From Macrostomum hystrix (lineage: Eukaryota > Animalia > Platyhelminthes): DNA of 64,000 bases. Positions within the stretch are counted from its first letter, which is position 1. Each line of letters opens with the position of its first letter. Of this stretch, positions 48,001 through 60,227 are shown one piece after another. The translations under genes were made by a program, and so were the position numbers. Below the pieces are notes generated by a model. The model searched no databases. It saw nothing but the letters and a program-made list of their open reading frames with translations, and was not told the origin of the DNA. The stretch covers positions 22,320,001 to 22,384,000 of the forward strand of contig CATNEN010000001.1 of the NCBI GenBank assembly GCA_950097015.1, written 5' to 3'.

Positions 48001-51000
48001 GTCATTAGGCCGAGCCGTATATAGAGATGCTTATCTTCGTGTCCACTATAAATGGACTCAAAATCTCACTGTCGGTGAATTCATAGAAACTGACCAAACA
48101 CGGCGCTTGATATCAGAGGAGACAGGTGGTCCTCAAACTGCTCAAACTGCTATTAGTCCCGCCTCAAACTCGCAAGCCTATGCCAGTCAGGAGCATGAAA
48201 TTTCTGATTTCCGAGCTCATACTTTAATCTATGAATCCGATCTCTGTAAAACCATTGCGACCGCCACTGCTCACATCACACAGACTGTTTTCTATGGGGG
48301 TCAGGCGAGCGACCTGTTTCACATGGACCATGCCGAAGTTAACAGCTCGGGAAATAACAGTAGACCAAATACACTCCTAGGGGGAAGGGAGGCAGAGAGT
48401 GAGACAGAGAGTGAGACAGAGAGTGAGACAGAGAGTGAGACAGAGAGTGAGACAGAGAGTGAGACAGAGAGTGAGACAGAGAGTGAGACAGGGAGTGAGA
48501 CAGAGAGTGAGATGGAGAGTGAGACAGAGAGTAAGACAGAGAGTGAGATGGAGAGTGAGACAGAGAGTAAGACAGAGAGTGAGACAGAGAGTGAGACAGA
48601 GAGTGAGATGGAGAGTGAGACAGAGAGTAAGACAGAGAGTGAGATGGAGAGTGAGACAGAGAGTAAGACAGAGAGTGAGACAGAGAGTGAGACAGAGAGT
48701 GAGACAGAGAGTGAGACAGAGAGTGAGACAGAGAGTGAGACAGAGAGTGAGACAGAGAGTGAGACAGAGAGTGAGACAGAGAGTGAGACAGAGAGTGAGA
48801 CAGAGAGTGAGATGGAGAGTGAGACAGAAAGTGAGAAAGAGAGTGAGACAGAGAGTGAGACAGAGAGTGAGACAGAGAGTGAGACAGAGAGTGAGACAGA
48901 GAGTGAGACAGAGAGTGAGACAGAGAGTGAGACAGAGAGTGAGACAGAGAGTGTAATAATATAGTATAGAATTTTCGCATTCAAACTATGCACTGTGCAC
49001 TAAACGCAATTGATAGAACATTGCACCATTCGTGTTTGTTAGATAGTTTGATTTTATCTTGACATCTTGACGGGTGCAATCAATGCAGAGGGTTAAGCAG
49101 TTATACAAGCTATAGGCTCGTATTGTTGGATAAAGATAGGTGCTAAAGAAACTGCATAAAAATAGCAACATAGGTAATCAGTTTGTAGCTGAAATTCATC
49201 AGCGAAGTTCAGTTTTTAAAGCATAGCATAAATACCCGATACTAATAAAGCTAAAAGTGAATTTTGCAATCTTCTGCTAATAGCATGCAGCCACTGAAAG
49301 ACTGCAAAAGTAAACATTTCAAGTCAAATTTGTGTCTGCAGAAGAGAAGCGGATGATGATGGCACCCTGAAGCTGGAGGTGATGTGCCCATTGTGAAATT
49401 AGCTGCCTCTGACTGTAACACACCTGCATGCTTACTGGATATGCACTTTGTAAAGCTAATATAGGCCTCAAGGGGACATTGTATGGTAGGCATATAGTTA
49501 TGCAGCTTCAGGACTTGGTTTGTATAATAATCCCATGAGATTATCGAGGAAAAGAATCAGTCGATAATGCCGTGTTAAATTGGCACCCCAACCAAAATGA
49601 TGCAATATCAGAGGCCCTATAAACTAAGCCATTTGTTTGTTAAGAACTGGTCTTTGGCACAGAGCAGAAAGCAAGAAAAAATGGTCCACTGCAGTTTGTT
49701 TCGATTTCTATATAATCAGCGCTGGAAAATCTCACGCGAGTTTGGTTAGTTGAAGTTTGTCCAACATTCTGTGAACACATCTTCAGTATTTTTCTGCTGT
49801 GTATGTTATCTACATAGGCTTTGGTGTTGTATATGGTATGCTATTGCTAGCGTTGGCAGCAATAAACACTGAAAACTGACTGTTAGGGGGTTGGGGTCAA
49901 TGCAGCTAGCTACTCCATTGCAGGCAGGTAATGTTAACAAGGCTACCAAAATGTTTGCTGAATCTTTCCTTCTGTCCGATGTGTCCATTGCATAAACGGG
50001 ACATCAACCTGTATTGGCGGCATGCTACGGAAATGCCATGCAGTTTTGCATAATAATAAATATATATTGTCAACTTAGCCGCTATCTCATTCCTTCATCT
50101 CTGTATTAGGAGGGCTGTATATTTGGCACAGAGTGAAAGACTGCTCTGTAGGTTGGAGAATTGTGACAGGGATACTGATTTTGTGAAAGGGAGAGAGTGA
50201 GGTAGAGTGTAGTAGAGAGTGAGTTAGAGTGTAGTAGAGAGTGAGTTAGAATGTAGAGAGTGAGGTAGAGTGTAGTAGAGAGTGAGGTAGAGTGTAGTAG
50301 AGAGTGAGGTAGAGTGTAGTAGAGAGTGAGGTAGAGTGTAGTAGAGAGTGAGTTAGAATGTAGAGAGTGAGGTAGAGTGTAATAGAGAGTGAGGTAGAGT
50401 GTAGTAGAGAGTGAGTTAGAATGTAGTAGAGAGTGAGGTAGAGTGTAGTAGAGAGTGAGTTAGAATGTAGAGAGTGAGGTAGAGTGTAATAGAGAGTGAG
50501 GTAGAGTGTAGTAGAGAGTGAGTTAGAATGTAGTAGAGAGTGAGGTAGAGTGTAGTAGAGAGTGAGTTAGAATGTAGAGAGTGAGGTAGAGTGTAATAGA
50601 GAGTGAGGTAGAGTGTAGTAGAGAGTGAGGTAGAGTGTAGTAGAGAGTGAGGTAGAGTGTAGTAGATAGTAAGGTAGAGTGTAGTAGAGAGTGAGGTAGA
50701 GTGTAGTAGAGAGTGACGTAGAGTGTAGTAGAGAGTGAGGTAGAGTGTAGTAGAGAGTGAGTTAGAATGTAGTAGAGAGTGAGGTAGAGTGTAGTAGATA
50801 GTGAGGTAGAGTGTAGTAGATAGTGAGGTAGAGTGTAGTAGAGAGTGAGGTAGAGTGTAGTAGAGAGTGAGGTAGAGTGTAGTAGAGAGTGAGGTAGAGT
50901 GTAGTAGATAGTGAGGTAGAGTGTAGTAGAGAGTGAGGTAGAGTGTAGTAGAGAGTGAGGTAGAGTGTAGTAGAGAGTGAGGTAGAGTGTAGTAGAGAGT

Positions 51001-51476
51001 GAGGTAGAATGTAGAAGAGAGCGAGCTAGATGGCAAGGTAGAGAGTGAGTCGGACAGGGGGTGAGTGAAGGAAAGTTTAAGATATAGTAAGACGTAAGAG
51101 AATGGGTTTAAAAATGGCAAAAACGAACTTTGTCAGAATCCAGAGACCAAATTGTTAGCCCCTTAAACACTCCCAATATATGATCTATAAGTTATAAAAC
51201 AATAAAAGCAACAATAGAAAACTTACTGTATTGATAGGCGGTAGGAATCTGTTGATAACAGTTGTCCTGATGCAGCATGTGATGCTGCTGCTGTAGCTGC
51301 TGCTGCTGCTGCTGAAGCTGCTGATGCTGCATCGGTGGCGAGTCACTGCCGTCGTACATCAGCTGATGGCCAGGCGATGACGCGTGAGCTGCCGCCGCTG
51401 CTGCTGCCGCCGCCGCCGCTGCCGCTGCAGCGTGGAGTGCCTGATCGGGTCTGTTCCACCGAATATCCGTCGTCAT
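41509..51476 (-). CDS. GATA123: GATA1/2/3-class dual zinc-finger transcription factor; exons 51227-51476, 45010-45968, 43057-43182, 41509-42021 (~615 aa)
   Basis: ZF1 [38 protein letters not shown]; ZF2 [32 protein letters not shown]; tail [18 protein letters not shown] (TRNR marks class 1/2/3, versus TRKR in class 4/5/6). Junctions are in phase; polyA/polyQ/polyH tracts present. Confidence 0.93.
42123..42552. repeat. Minisatellite, 21 bp TTTCTTCACGGGATGWTGAAG
   Basis: GATA intron 3. Confidence 0.95.
43057..43182 (-). CDS. GATA123 exon 3 (ZF2, 126 nt)
   Basis: TTTGCAG| acceptor, AGC|GTGAGT donor. Confidence 0.95.
44438..45000. repeat. Minisatellite, 23 bp CATTGGGATCTCTAGTTTTGAGG
   Basis: GATA intron 2, ends ~9 nt from the donor. 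Confidence 0.96.
45010..45968 (-). CDS. GATA123 exon 2 (N-terminal region plus ZF1)
   Basis: TCCGCAG| acceptor, CTG|GTGAGT donor. Confidence 0.9.
46725..47110. repeat. Minisatellite, 26 bp GATCTATTGGGATATCTATAGGTGAA
   Basis: GATA intron 1. Confidence 0.93.
48394..48952. repeat. Satellite, 12 bp GAGAGTGAGACA
   Basis: GATA intron 1. Confidence 0.96.
50192..51010. repeat. Minisatellite, 22 bp AGAGAGTGAGGTAGAGTGTAGT
   Basis: GATA intron 1. Confidence 0.96.
51227..51476 (-). CDS. GATA123 coding exon 1
   Basis: ATG at 51476 after acceptor CTCGCAG| (probable 5'UTR intron 51485-51582); donor A|GTAAGT (phase 1). Confidence 0.7.
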
Positions 51477-51582
51477 GTTAGCCTCTGCGAGGATCATTAG
51501 AAATTAAAGCAGGTCTATAGACTGATAACATTCTACAATGCTAGCAACACTAGTCAGGTAGTTAAAGTAATCCCAGACTTAC

Positions 51583-52070
51583 ATGCGGTGTAGTTTGCGG
51601 TGGCAATTGTTTTCTTTATTGCTTTCGATTGAAATCTTCCGACAAGTCCCTTCAACTGCAGCTCTGGACTTGGAATCAGATAATCACCAGCTCGGAGATC
51701 AACTAGTCCTGATTAGGTTTCGGAGCTGTTGAAAGGTGTCGCGGAGGAGAAGACAGTCACTGACGCGGCGTAGGCAGAGGATCGGGCGAGAGATTCCGAA
51801 TCTCTGATGATCATCTCATCAGATATAAGCTTGAAAGGAGGGGAAGGCGGACCAGACGGGGGGAGATTGGGTTCTGGGGGTTGGGGGTGGAAACCGCGGG
51901 CCACAGACACCGGCCGCCGGCCGACTCCCATTGGCTGCCGCGGCGGCAACCCCACTCGCGGTGTCCGTCATAGCCGCCATATTTCAAATGCACAGTTTGG
52001 AGCCTCGAAAATTTAACACAGTGAAGGGTGGTGGGTTCGAAGCCCACTGCCCCACGTTTCTATTGGCGTC
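51583..52070 (-). promoter_or_regulatory. Probable GATA123 5'UTR exon and proximal promoter
   Basis: Donor GTAAGT at 51582; GC/CpG-rich stretch with CCAAT on the minus strand at 51866-70, 51930-34 and 52062-66. Confidence 0.5.
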
Positions 52071-52239
52071 TATTTCAGTCTGCCAGTTTAGCCCACTGCT
52101 CATTTTTGGCTCATTTTTATTCAAAATGGAGAACTTCCACTTTTAAGATTTTCAAATATTATTCATTGGACCTCAATCCGCCACTTCAAAATTTTATACT
52201 GCCCCTTCTACCTCTTTTTCTGCCCCTTGTCAACAGTCG

Positions 52240-52556
52240 CTTTCGCATCATCCGCCCCCTCTTTCGCTTCATCCGACCCCTCTTTCGCATCATACGCCCC
52301 CCTCTTTCGCATCATCCGCCCCCTCTTTCGCATCATCCGCCCCCCTCTTTCGCATCATCCGCCCCCTCTTTCGCATCATCCGCGCCCTCTTTCGCATCCT
52401 CCGCCGCCTCTTTCGCATCATCCGCCCCCTCTTTCGCATCATCCGCCCCCCTCTTTCGCATCATCCGCGCTCTCTTTCGCATCATCCGCCCTCTCTTTCG
52501 CATCATCCGCCCCCTCTTTCGGATCATCCGCCCCCTCTTTCGGATGATCCGCCCCT
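52240..52556. repeat. Minisatellite, 21-22 bp CTCTTTCGCATCATCCGCCCC
   Basis: Upstream of the GATA promoter; each unit carries a GC box (CCGCCC). Confidence 0.93.
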
Positions 52557-53178
52557 GAAATTCCGTCTCCCTCTTGAGTTCACCCGCATTTCATTAATGT
52601 CAGTCATGCTTTTGAGTTTTAAATAAAAAACTGAGTTTTCATTTGCCACATTGTTGCAATGCTTAAAATTAACAATTAGCCTATTGTTTAAAAATCAGTC
52701 TTAGACACACCGGTGCACACAAATGGTGGAGTAAAATTTCTGAATACATTCTTAGCCAGATAATATGTGGCCCATATAAAGGCCTATAGAAGGAGATAGC
52801 TCATTTAAGATTCAACTTGTAATAGGATGTTACACGGAGTCTGGGCTCCCGCTTTCTATTGTTGTCAACGCAAATTTCATGTGCTGTTCAAAATAAAACA
52901 CCGTCTTTCTTTGTACGCGGCTATATAGCACAGCCTTATATAGTTGCCATGGTCACTTATTGTCTATGGGCCGAGAAGTGTCAGGTTAAAGGAGTGTCTG
53001 CCGCACATTCAGAAGAAGGATCAGGTGCATTCACGGCCATCTTTCATTTCAAAAGATGGTATCAAATATTCTTTTAACATTCGATTTGAAACCCCGAGTA
53101 GATGCGTTCAAAATCAGAACTAACTGAATACGAGTAAGTAAAGAGAAAATCACTTTAATTTGAACAAATCCCCATTGT

Positions 53179-53215
53179 CAGGGGTCGGCAAACTTATTAG
53201 CTAGCGGGCCAAAGA
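53179..53215 (+). mobile_element. hAT/Charlie (MER58-like) MITE left end
   Basis: CAGGGGTCGGCAAAC terminal repeat followed by GCGGGCCA. Confidence 0.6.
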
Positions 53216-53269
53216 GAGAATCTAAAAGAGGATAGCGCGCCGCATTGACTGCAGAAATATGAGTTAGAG

Positions 53270-53539
53270 GAGAGATGAAACACGGGAGAGATGAGACACG
53301 GGAGAGATGAGACACGGGAGAGATGAGACACGGGAGAGATGAGACACGGGAGAGATGAGACACGGGAGAGATGAGACACAGGAGAGATGAGACACGGGAG
53401 AGATGAGACACGGGAGAGATGAGACACGGGAGAGATGAGACACGGGAGAGATGAGACACGGGAGAGATGAGACACGGGAGAGATGAGACACGGGAGAGAT
53501 GAGACACGGGAGAGATGAGACACGGGAGAGATGAGACAC
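53270..53539. repeat. Minisatellite, 16 bp GGGAGAGATGAGACAC
   Basis: Preceded by the MITE left end. Confidence 0.95.
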
Positions 53540-55030
53540 AATGCCCATGCCCAATGACGTTAAACCATGATCTCGAAGTCAAATGGTTAAAGGAGTCAAT
53601 TTTTTTAAGCAAACACATAAAACACGAGGATATATTTATGCATAACACTGACACCAGATCCGTGCAATGGCTAAATTTATATTTGCTTGCGAGTCGGACT
53701 CGAGTGTCCAAAAATATAAATCATGCTTTCAAGTAAACAATACGAGACAAACCAAATAATAATAAAATAAATGCAAAATAGTTAATACGTGACTTTTGAA
53801 CACAGTCTAGAGCAGGGTTTGGCCCATAGACATTATGGGCCTAGACAGCGGTCTATGGGATTCAGCTCCCCGTTGGGAGCCTGGAAGGCCCCCCTAAGGG
53901 CGGACTTGGCCCAACACAGCCTAAACAGGAGGATGGGGAGTTGGATGGGATAGCGATCTCTGCGCGGACTCCCAACTGGGCGCGCCTAGGAGAATTTCGA
54001 CAGTTTCATGTAAACACAAAATCTTTAACTTCAGCATATTTGCCGTGCCAGGAAGCCGACTGCCCCCCATTCAACCCGCTGAAGACATTCAATGATTTGG
54101 AACTAGCGACATTCTTTTCTAAATAGAAATATTTCAGAAATTTTGAAACACTCTTCAAATCGTGCGCCTTCTCCTAAGTTGGCCTCTATTAAATTACTAA
54201 GAGCTGCTCTCTGCCTACTTTCAATCTTCATTGGTGGCATTCTGAAGTCTACTCCATCCACATGTGACTTGAAATGGGAGATTTCTGACTGCTACCACAC
54301 TCTGTATTACTCCCCTCTCTACCTCCCTCTCCCCTTTCTCTCCCTCTCTCCCTGTCTCTAATTAGTTCCAAAAATGTACTACCTGGACCAATATGATATA
54401 TAGGCATGGCTGCCGCATTGATGCGTGAATTATCTTAATCCTCCTAATCATTATCTAAGCTCTGAATTCGTCGATTGAAATTTTTATAGGAAGCTAATTT
54501 TCTCAGGAGTTAGTGACCACAAGAATAAGTTTGGCATTTTCAAAATTGCACAAAAACGAGCATTAGAATGTCAGAAAGTTATCTCCAACTGTGCTATTCA
54601 CAGAATTGCAGATAATCAAGATTAGATAGCGGACTCGGCCTCCTAATCTTCTGCATGCTCCGAGCTCTGTCCTACAAAAGGTCAAAGCAGATAAAAAATG
54701 ATTAGTTTAAATATCTGCGGGAGGCATTTGACAACCACGCAACAGGGGGTGTATGCGGAGGGGGGTGCTGTGGCGGTTGGCTTGACATCCCATTGTCACC
54801 TGTTCACAGCACATTGGTAATGGGATCTTTGTTGTGCAAATTTAAAAAAGGCACACTAAAGCTAAACAAAAGACCTCTACAGGCTTAACACTTTACCTTG
54901 TCTATGTATATTGGCGTGTATGTCTATTGTGCAACAGGCCAAGAATTGCATGACCACTTCATTCTGGTTTTGTGTTCCACTCGAACCGCAAACTCCGCTG
55001 TTGCGCTTGCTTTGATAAATAATTATTGTT

Positions 55031-56437
55031 GTCTGTCTCTGGCTGCCGTCTCTCTCTCTGTCTGTCTTTGGCTGCCGTCTCTCTCTCTGTCTGTCTGTCT
55101 CTGGCTGCCGTCTCTCTCTCTGTCTGTCTCTGGCTGCCGTCTCTCTCTCTGTCTGTCTTTGGCTGCCGTCTCTCTCTCTGTCTGTCTGTCTCTGGCTGCC
55201 GTCTCTCTCTCTCTGTCTGTCTCTGGCTGCCGTCTCTCTCTCTCTGTCTGTCTCTGGCTGCCGTCTCTCTCTGTCTGTCTGTCTCTGGCTGCCGTCTCTC
55301 TCTGTCTGTCTGTCTCTGGCTGCCGTCTCTCTCTGTCTGTCTGTCTCTGGCTGCCGTCTCTCTCTCTCTGTCTGTCTCTGGCTGCCGTCTCTCTCTGTCT
55401 GTCTGTCTCTGGCTGCCGTCTCTCTCTCTCTGTCTGTCTCTGGCTGCCGTCTCTCTCTCTGTCTGTCTGTCTCTGGCTGCCGTCTCTCTCTGTCTGTCTG
55501 TCTCTGGCTGCCGTCTCTCTCTGTCTGTCTGTCTCTGGCTGCCGTCTCTCTCTCTCTGTCTGTCTCTGGCTGCCGTCTCTCTCTCTCTGTCTGTCTCTGG
55601 CTGCCGTCTCTCTCTCTCTGTCTGTCTCTGGCTGCCGTCTCTCTCTGTCTGTCTGTCTCTGGCTGCCGTCTCTCTCTGTCTGTCTGTCTCTGGCTGCCGT
55701 CTCTCTCTGTCTGTCTGTCTCTGGCTGCCGTCTCTCTCTGTCTGTCTGTCTCTGGCTGCCGTCTCTCTCTCTCTGTCTGTCTCTGGCTGCCGTCTCTCTC
55801 TCTGTCTGTCTGTCTCTGGCTGCCGTCTCTCTCTGTCTGTCTGTCTCTGGCTGCCGTCTCTCTCTGTCTGTCTGTCTCTGGCTGCCGTCTCTCTCTCTCT
55901 GTCTGTCTCTGGCTGCCGTCTCTCTCTCTCTGTCTGTCTCTGGCTGCCGTCTCTCTCTCTCTGTCTGTCTCTGGCTGCCGTCTCTCTCTGTCTGTCTGTC
56001 TCTGGCTGCCGTCTCTCTCTGTCTGTCTGTCTCTGGCTGCCGTCTCTCTCTGTCTGTCTGTCTCTGGCTGCCGTCTCTCTCTCTCTGTCTGTCTCTGGCT
56101 GCCGTCTCTCTCTGTCTGTCTGTCTCTGGCTGCCGTCTCTCTCTGTCTGTCTGTCTCTGGCTGCCGTCTCTCTCTGTCTGTCTGTCTCTGGCTGCCGTCT
56201 CTCTCTCTCTGTCTGTCTCTGGCTGCCGTCTCTCTCTGTCTGTCTGTCTCTGGCTGCCATCTCTCTCTGTCTGTCTGTCTCTGGCTGCCGTCTCTCTCTG
56301 TCTGTCTGTCTCTGGCTGCCGTCTCTCTCTGTCTGTCTGTCTCTGGCTGCCGTCTCTCTCTGTCTGTCTGTCTCTGGCTGCCGTCTCTCTCTGTCTGTCT
56401 GTCTCTGGCTGCCGTCTCTCTCTCTCTGTCTGTCTCT
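55031..56437. repeat. Minisatellite, ~28-32 bp GGCTGCCG plus (TC)n(TGTC)n
   Basis: Direct inspection. Confidence 0.96.
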
Positions 56438-57468
56438 TAACAAAAGAATTCAACTTTCTTCAAAAAACGTTTTTTTTCATCAGGTATTCGAGAGACAGGT
56501 TTTCAAGCGTTGGGACTAAAAACAGGTAGTGTTGGGAATGGAGTTCCTACAAAGACTATATTGCAAAGTCTTTGTTCTCAGCTTTCCCCATGCTTTATGG
56601 CGCATGTTTTCCATCCGAATTGGACGCCGAATCCTTGTTAATTTCAATTTCTCTTTCAGGAACAGGGAGCTTGTAATAATCATTAAAGACTTGAAGACTA
56701 GCTATTTGCTGCATTTAATAGACACGATTATTAATGTTTTATGATAATTGTTGCAACTTTTATTGCTAGTGCTGGTGGTGGTCGAGCATTTTTTTACCTT
56801 AACCTGATTGAATTTTGAATTTTGATTATGGTACAAGGACAGGGCAGGCATAACATAACTGTTGTCCTTGTTAAAATTCAGTTTTAAATTTTTCTATATA
56901 GCCTAGGGGAAGGGAGTGTAACAGTATTTTTTTGTTTTGTCGGTCTGATCAAAATCACCGCTAACCACACAGTAGGAAAGGTTTTTCTCTAAAAACATCT
57001 TTGGCACCAAAACGTGTTTAGGATTTTTCGCACATTTCTATCAGTTTTTAATATTCAGCTCTGTGTGGGCGGAGCTGTTGTCGCCCTCAGGGCAGTGTGT
57101 GGTGCCAATGTATTTTTCACAACCGTGAATTCGGCACCCGGCGCAATGTTTGTTGCACATATGATTTCACAAATCTTTATAGAGTTGGATCAGAAGTGTC
57201 AAATCAGAAAGTGTTAAGGTGACAGCATGACCTGCAGGAGTTCGAGTGGGTGGAGTCAAATCTTCGTATATTAGAGCTGATAATTTTGAGGCTGAGGATG
57301 AAGAGGCAGAAATAGAACTTGCCCTGAAGCATCCGGCGCATCACCTTCACTACAAAACCTCATAACGGTGCGCTCAACATTTTCGTCTGAGTTCTCTTTA
57401 CAGTTAATTTGTCTTGCTAAAAATGACAGGCTTGTCTAAATATTTCGACAGATAAATTTCCCTGAATT

Positions 57469-57845
57469 CCCTGAAGGACAGGAGTGATGCTCCCTGAGGG
57501 ACAGGAGTGATGGTCCCTGAAGGACAGGAGTGATGGTCCCTGAAGGACAGGAGTGATGGTCCCTGATGGACAGGAGTGATGGTCCCTGAAGGACAGGAGT
57601 GATGTTCCCTGATGGACAGGAGTGATGGTCCCTGAAGGACAGGAGTGATGGTCCCTGAAGGACAGGAGTGATGGTCCCTGAAGGACAGGAGTGATGGTCC
57701 CTGAAGGACAGGAGTGATGGTCCCTTAAGGTCAGAAGTACTTGTACCTGTAGGACAGGAGTGATAGTCCCTGAAGGTCAGAAGTGATTGTCCCTGAAGGT
57801 CAGAAGCGCCGGTTCCTGAAGGTCAGAAGTGCTGGTCCATGAAGG
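57469..57845. repeat. Minisatellite, 23 bp CCCTGAAGGACAGGAGTGATGGT
   Basis: Direct inspection. Confidence 0.93.
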
Positions 57846-58502
57846 CCAAATGTTTCGGCCGAACGCAGAACAAAAATAAACTGTTAGAGACCTTCCAAGA
57901 TTGCCGGAACCAGACTCATTCTCACAGACTGCTCATAAATCGAGCTAAAGACTCTCCTCCTCCTGTTTCCTGCGAACATCCTTAGCACGCACAGCTTTTT
58001 ATTCTCCAATTTCCCAACCCACTTCTCGATCCCCTTAACAACGCCTGCTCAAATTGAAGAGAATTTCAGAGGCCCCTGATACCATCATCATCGACATCAG
58101 GCGGGTGCAAGGGGTGGCACCCGGCTGTGTGTTCCAGGAAACCAACAAGAGAGACAAGGACTAGCCGCACGGCTCATTTTATAAATTTATCCCTTTTCAA
58201 ATAGGCCGCGGCTCGCCTGATTTTCGGTGGCGATAAGGCGCCAAGGGCTATGGTGGAAATGAGGAGGGGAGTGCAGCATGTGTTGGCGCTTTGTGGGGCC
58301 ATTTCGGTCGAGATAGGGATCTGGGAGAATTCTCAGTGTCTAACAAGACCCGGCGACATTTCCAAGGCTCACAAAAGGGAAGACAAAAACTCGAACTCAA
58401 GCAGCTAGATTCGTGTGTGAAGTTGGAAAACTCGACGAAAATTCTATTCTAAACATTTTCAGTCTCACTTTAAATATCGGGAGAGATTGAAGGGGAAGCA
58501 AA

Positions 58503-59180
58503 AGGAGAATGGCGGGAAGGAAGGGGAGAATGGCGGGAAGGAAGGGGAGAATGGCGGGAAGGAAGGGGAGAATGGCGGGAAGGAAGGAGAGAATGGCGCG
58601 AGGGAAGGGGAGAATGGCGCGAGGGAAGGGGAGAATGGCGCGAGGGAAGGGGAGAATGGCGGGAAGGAAGGGGAGAATGGCCCGAGGGAAGGGGAGAATG
58701 GCGCGAGGGAAGGGGAGAATGGCGGGAAGGAAGGGGAGAATGGCGGGAAGGAAGGAGAGAATGGCGCGAGGGAAGGGGAGAATGGCGCGAGGGAAGGGGA
58801 GAATGGCGCGAGGGAAGGGGAGAATGGCGGGAAGGAAGGGGAGAATGGCCCGAGGGAAGGGGAGAATGGCGCGAGAGAAGGGGAAAATGGCGCGAGGTAA
58901 GGTGAGAATGGTGGGAAGGAAGGGGAGAATGGCGGGAAGGAAGGGGAGAATGGCGGGAAGGAAGGGGAGAATGGCGGGAAGGAAGGGGAGAATGGCTGGA
59001 AGGATGGGGAGAATGGTGGGAAGGAAGGGGAGAATGGCGGGAAGGAAGGGGAGAATGGCGGGAAGGAAGGGGAGAATGGCGGGAAGGAAGGGGAGAATGG
59101 CGGGAAGGAAGGGGAGAATGGCGGGAAGGAAGGGGAGAATGGCGGGAAGGAAGGGGAGAATGGTGGGATGGAAGGGGAGA
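58503..59180. repeat. Minisatellite, 21 bp GGGGAGAATGGCGGGAAGGAA
   Basis: Direct inspection. Confidence 0.95.
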
Positions 59181-60227
59181 AAGAGAAAAACTTACGCAGG
59201 TGGAAGGGCAGGGAGAGTGCCTCATTGCTGATAAGGAGAGCATGTTGGTTTTTGCATTATTTAACAGGCCACGTTGAGACAATCGGTGAAAAACCTGCCG
59301 AAAATAACTACCCACAACAAGAGATTATGGGAATAATCTCCCGAATTTGATTAATTACATTTTTTCGACCATCGTCAAGTCCAAATATTGTTACCTATAG
59401 TTGAGATCCGGGTATTAGCATTGTGTGGTGGAGGATCGCAAAAATTTTGATGGCATTTAAAACAGGCACAAAGACGCGGCGGCGAATGAGGGATAATATT
59501 GTTGGTTGTTGATGAGGGGCTGTGTTGTGTGCTGTGTGCTGATCGCCCAGCCTGATTAGCACAGGGAATGGGGTCCACAGTCAGTCAGTAGCCGCGTCTA
59601 TCTCGTGGTTTGACATTTGATATTTAGTCTGTGCTCATTGCTCAAATAGCAAAGCACAATACTTCGAGTCGGGCCCGACCAAGACTTTACAAGAATTTGA
59701 GCGTGTTTCGTGTTTATCCCAATAGTTCAATTGCCGCTTCCGCACAATTGCTCACTGCAAATGTTTAAGAGTGGAGAGACAGAATTGCTAGACTTTTAAC
59801 CAACATCCACTTTACAAGAGGTCCAAGCCGTTCATCGATCAATGCTAGGCTTGAAAAAAGGCCTTGAAGGTGATTTGAGAACAAAAAAATGTGGACTGAA
59901 AATTTGAGCACAGGTATGCCCTGTTCATTCTGGGTGTAGCCTCGCCCGCAACCCTTTGATTCTTATCAGCACATTGTCCTCCTTTTGTCTAGAGAGATCG
60001 TCTTTGTTGAGCCTTTGAGACGCCTAATTAGTGACGCAAGCTTTTGCGCTAGCAAAATTTTAGCTGCCGTTGCCTCACCTGTCACTGCCTCATGTCAGTC
60101 AGGTCAGAACTGCACCCGGAATCCCCTATGGCATAACGAATTGGGAAAACGGATAATAGTCCGTCATTATCCTAGATGGGTGAACTGAGAGTGACAATCT
60201 TTGACTTAGGGTGAACGGAGAGTGAGA

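Noticed and set aside
48107-48964. 285-aa SETE-repeat ORF
   Set aside because: Translation of a 12-bp satellite that is open in several frames on both strands, antisense within a GATA intron, with a non-ATG start
49740-50110. GPCR-like fragments on the plus strand ([14 protein letters not shown]; KATKMFA)
   Set aside because: Short, stop-interrupted, and too close together for TM3 and TM6; cannot be supported without a search
51477-51497. ATG at 51497 as the GATA start
   Set aside because: It lies between a branch-like CTAAT and a strong acceptor (51485) paired with donor 51582, so it is probably intronic; ATG 51476 is preferred
54898-56529. 476-543 aa ORFs on both strands
   Set aside because: Stop-free microsatellite-like array with no protein features
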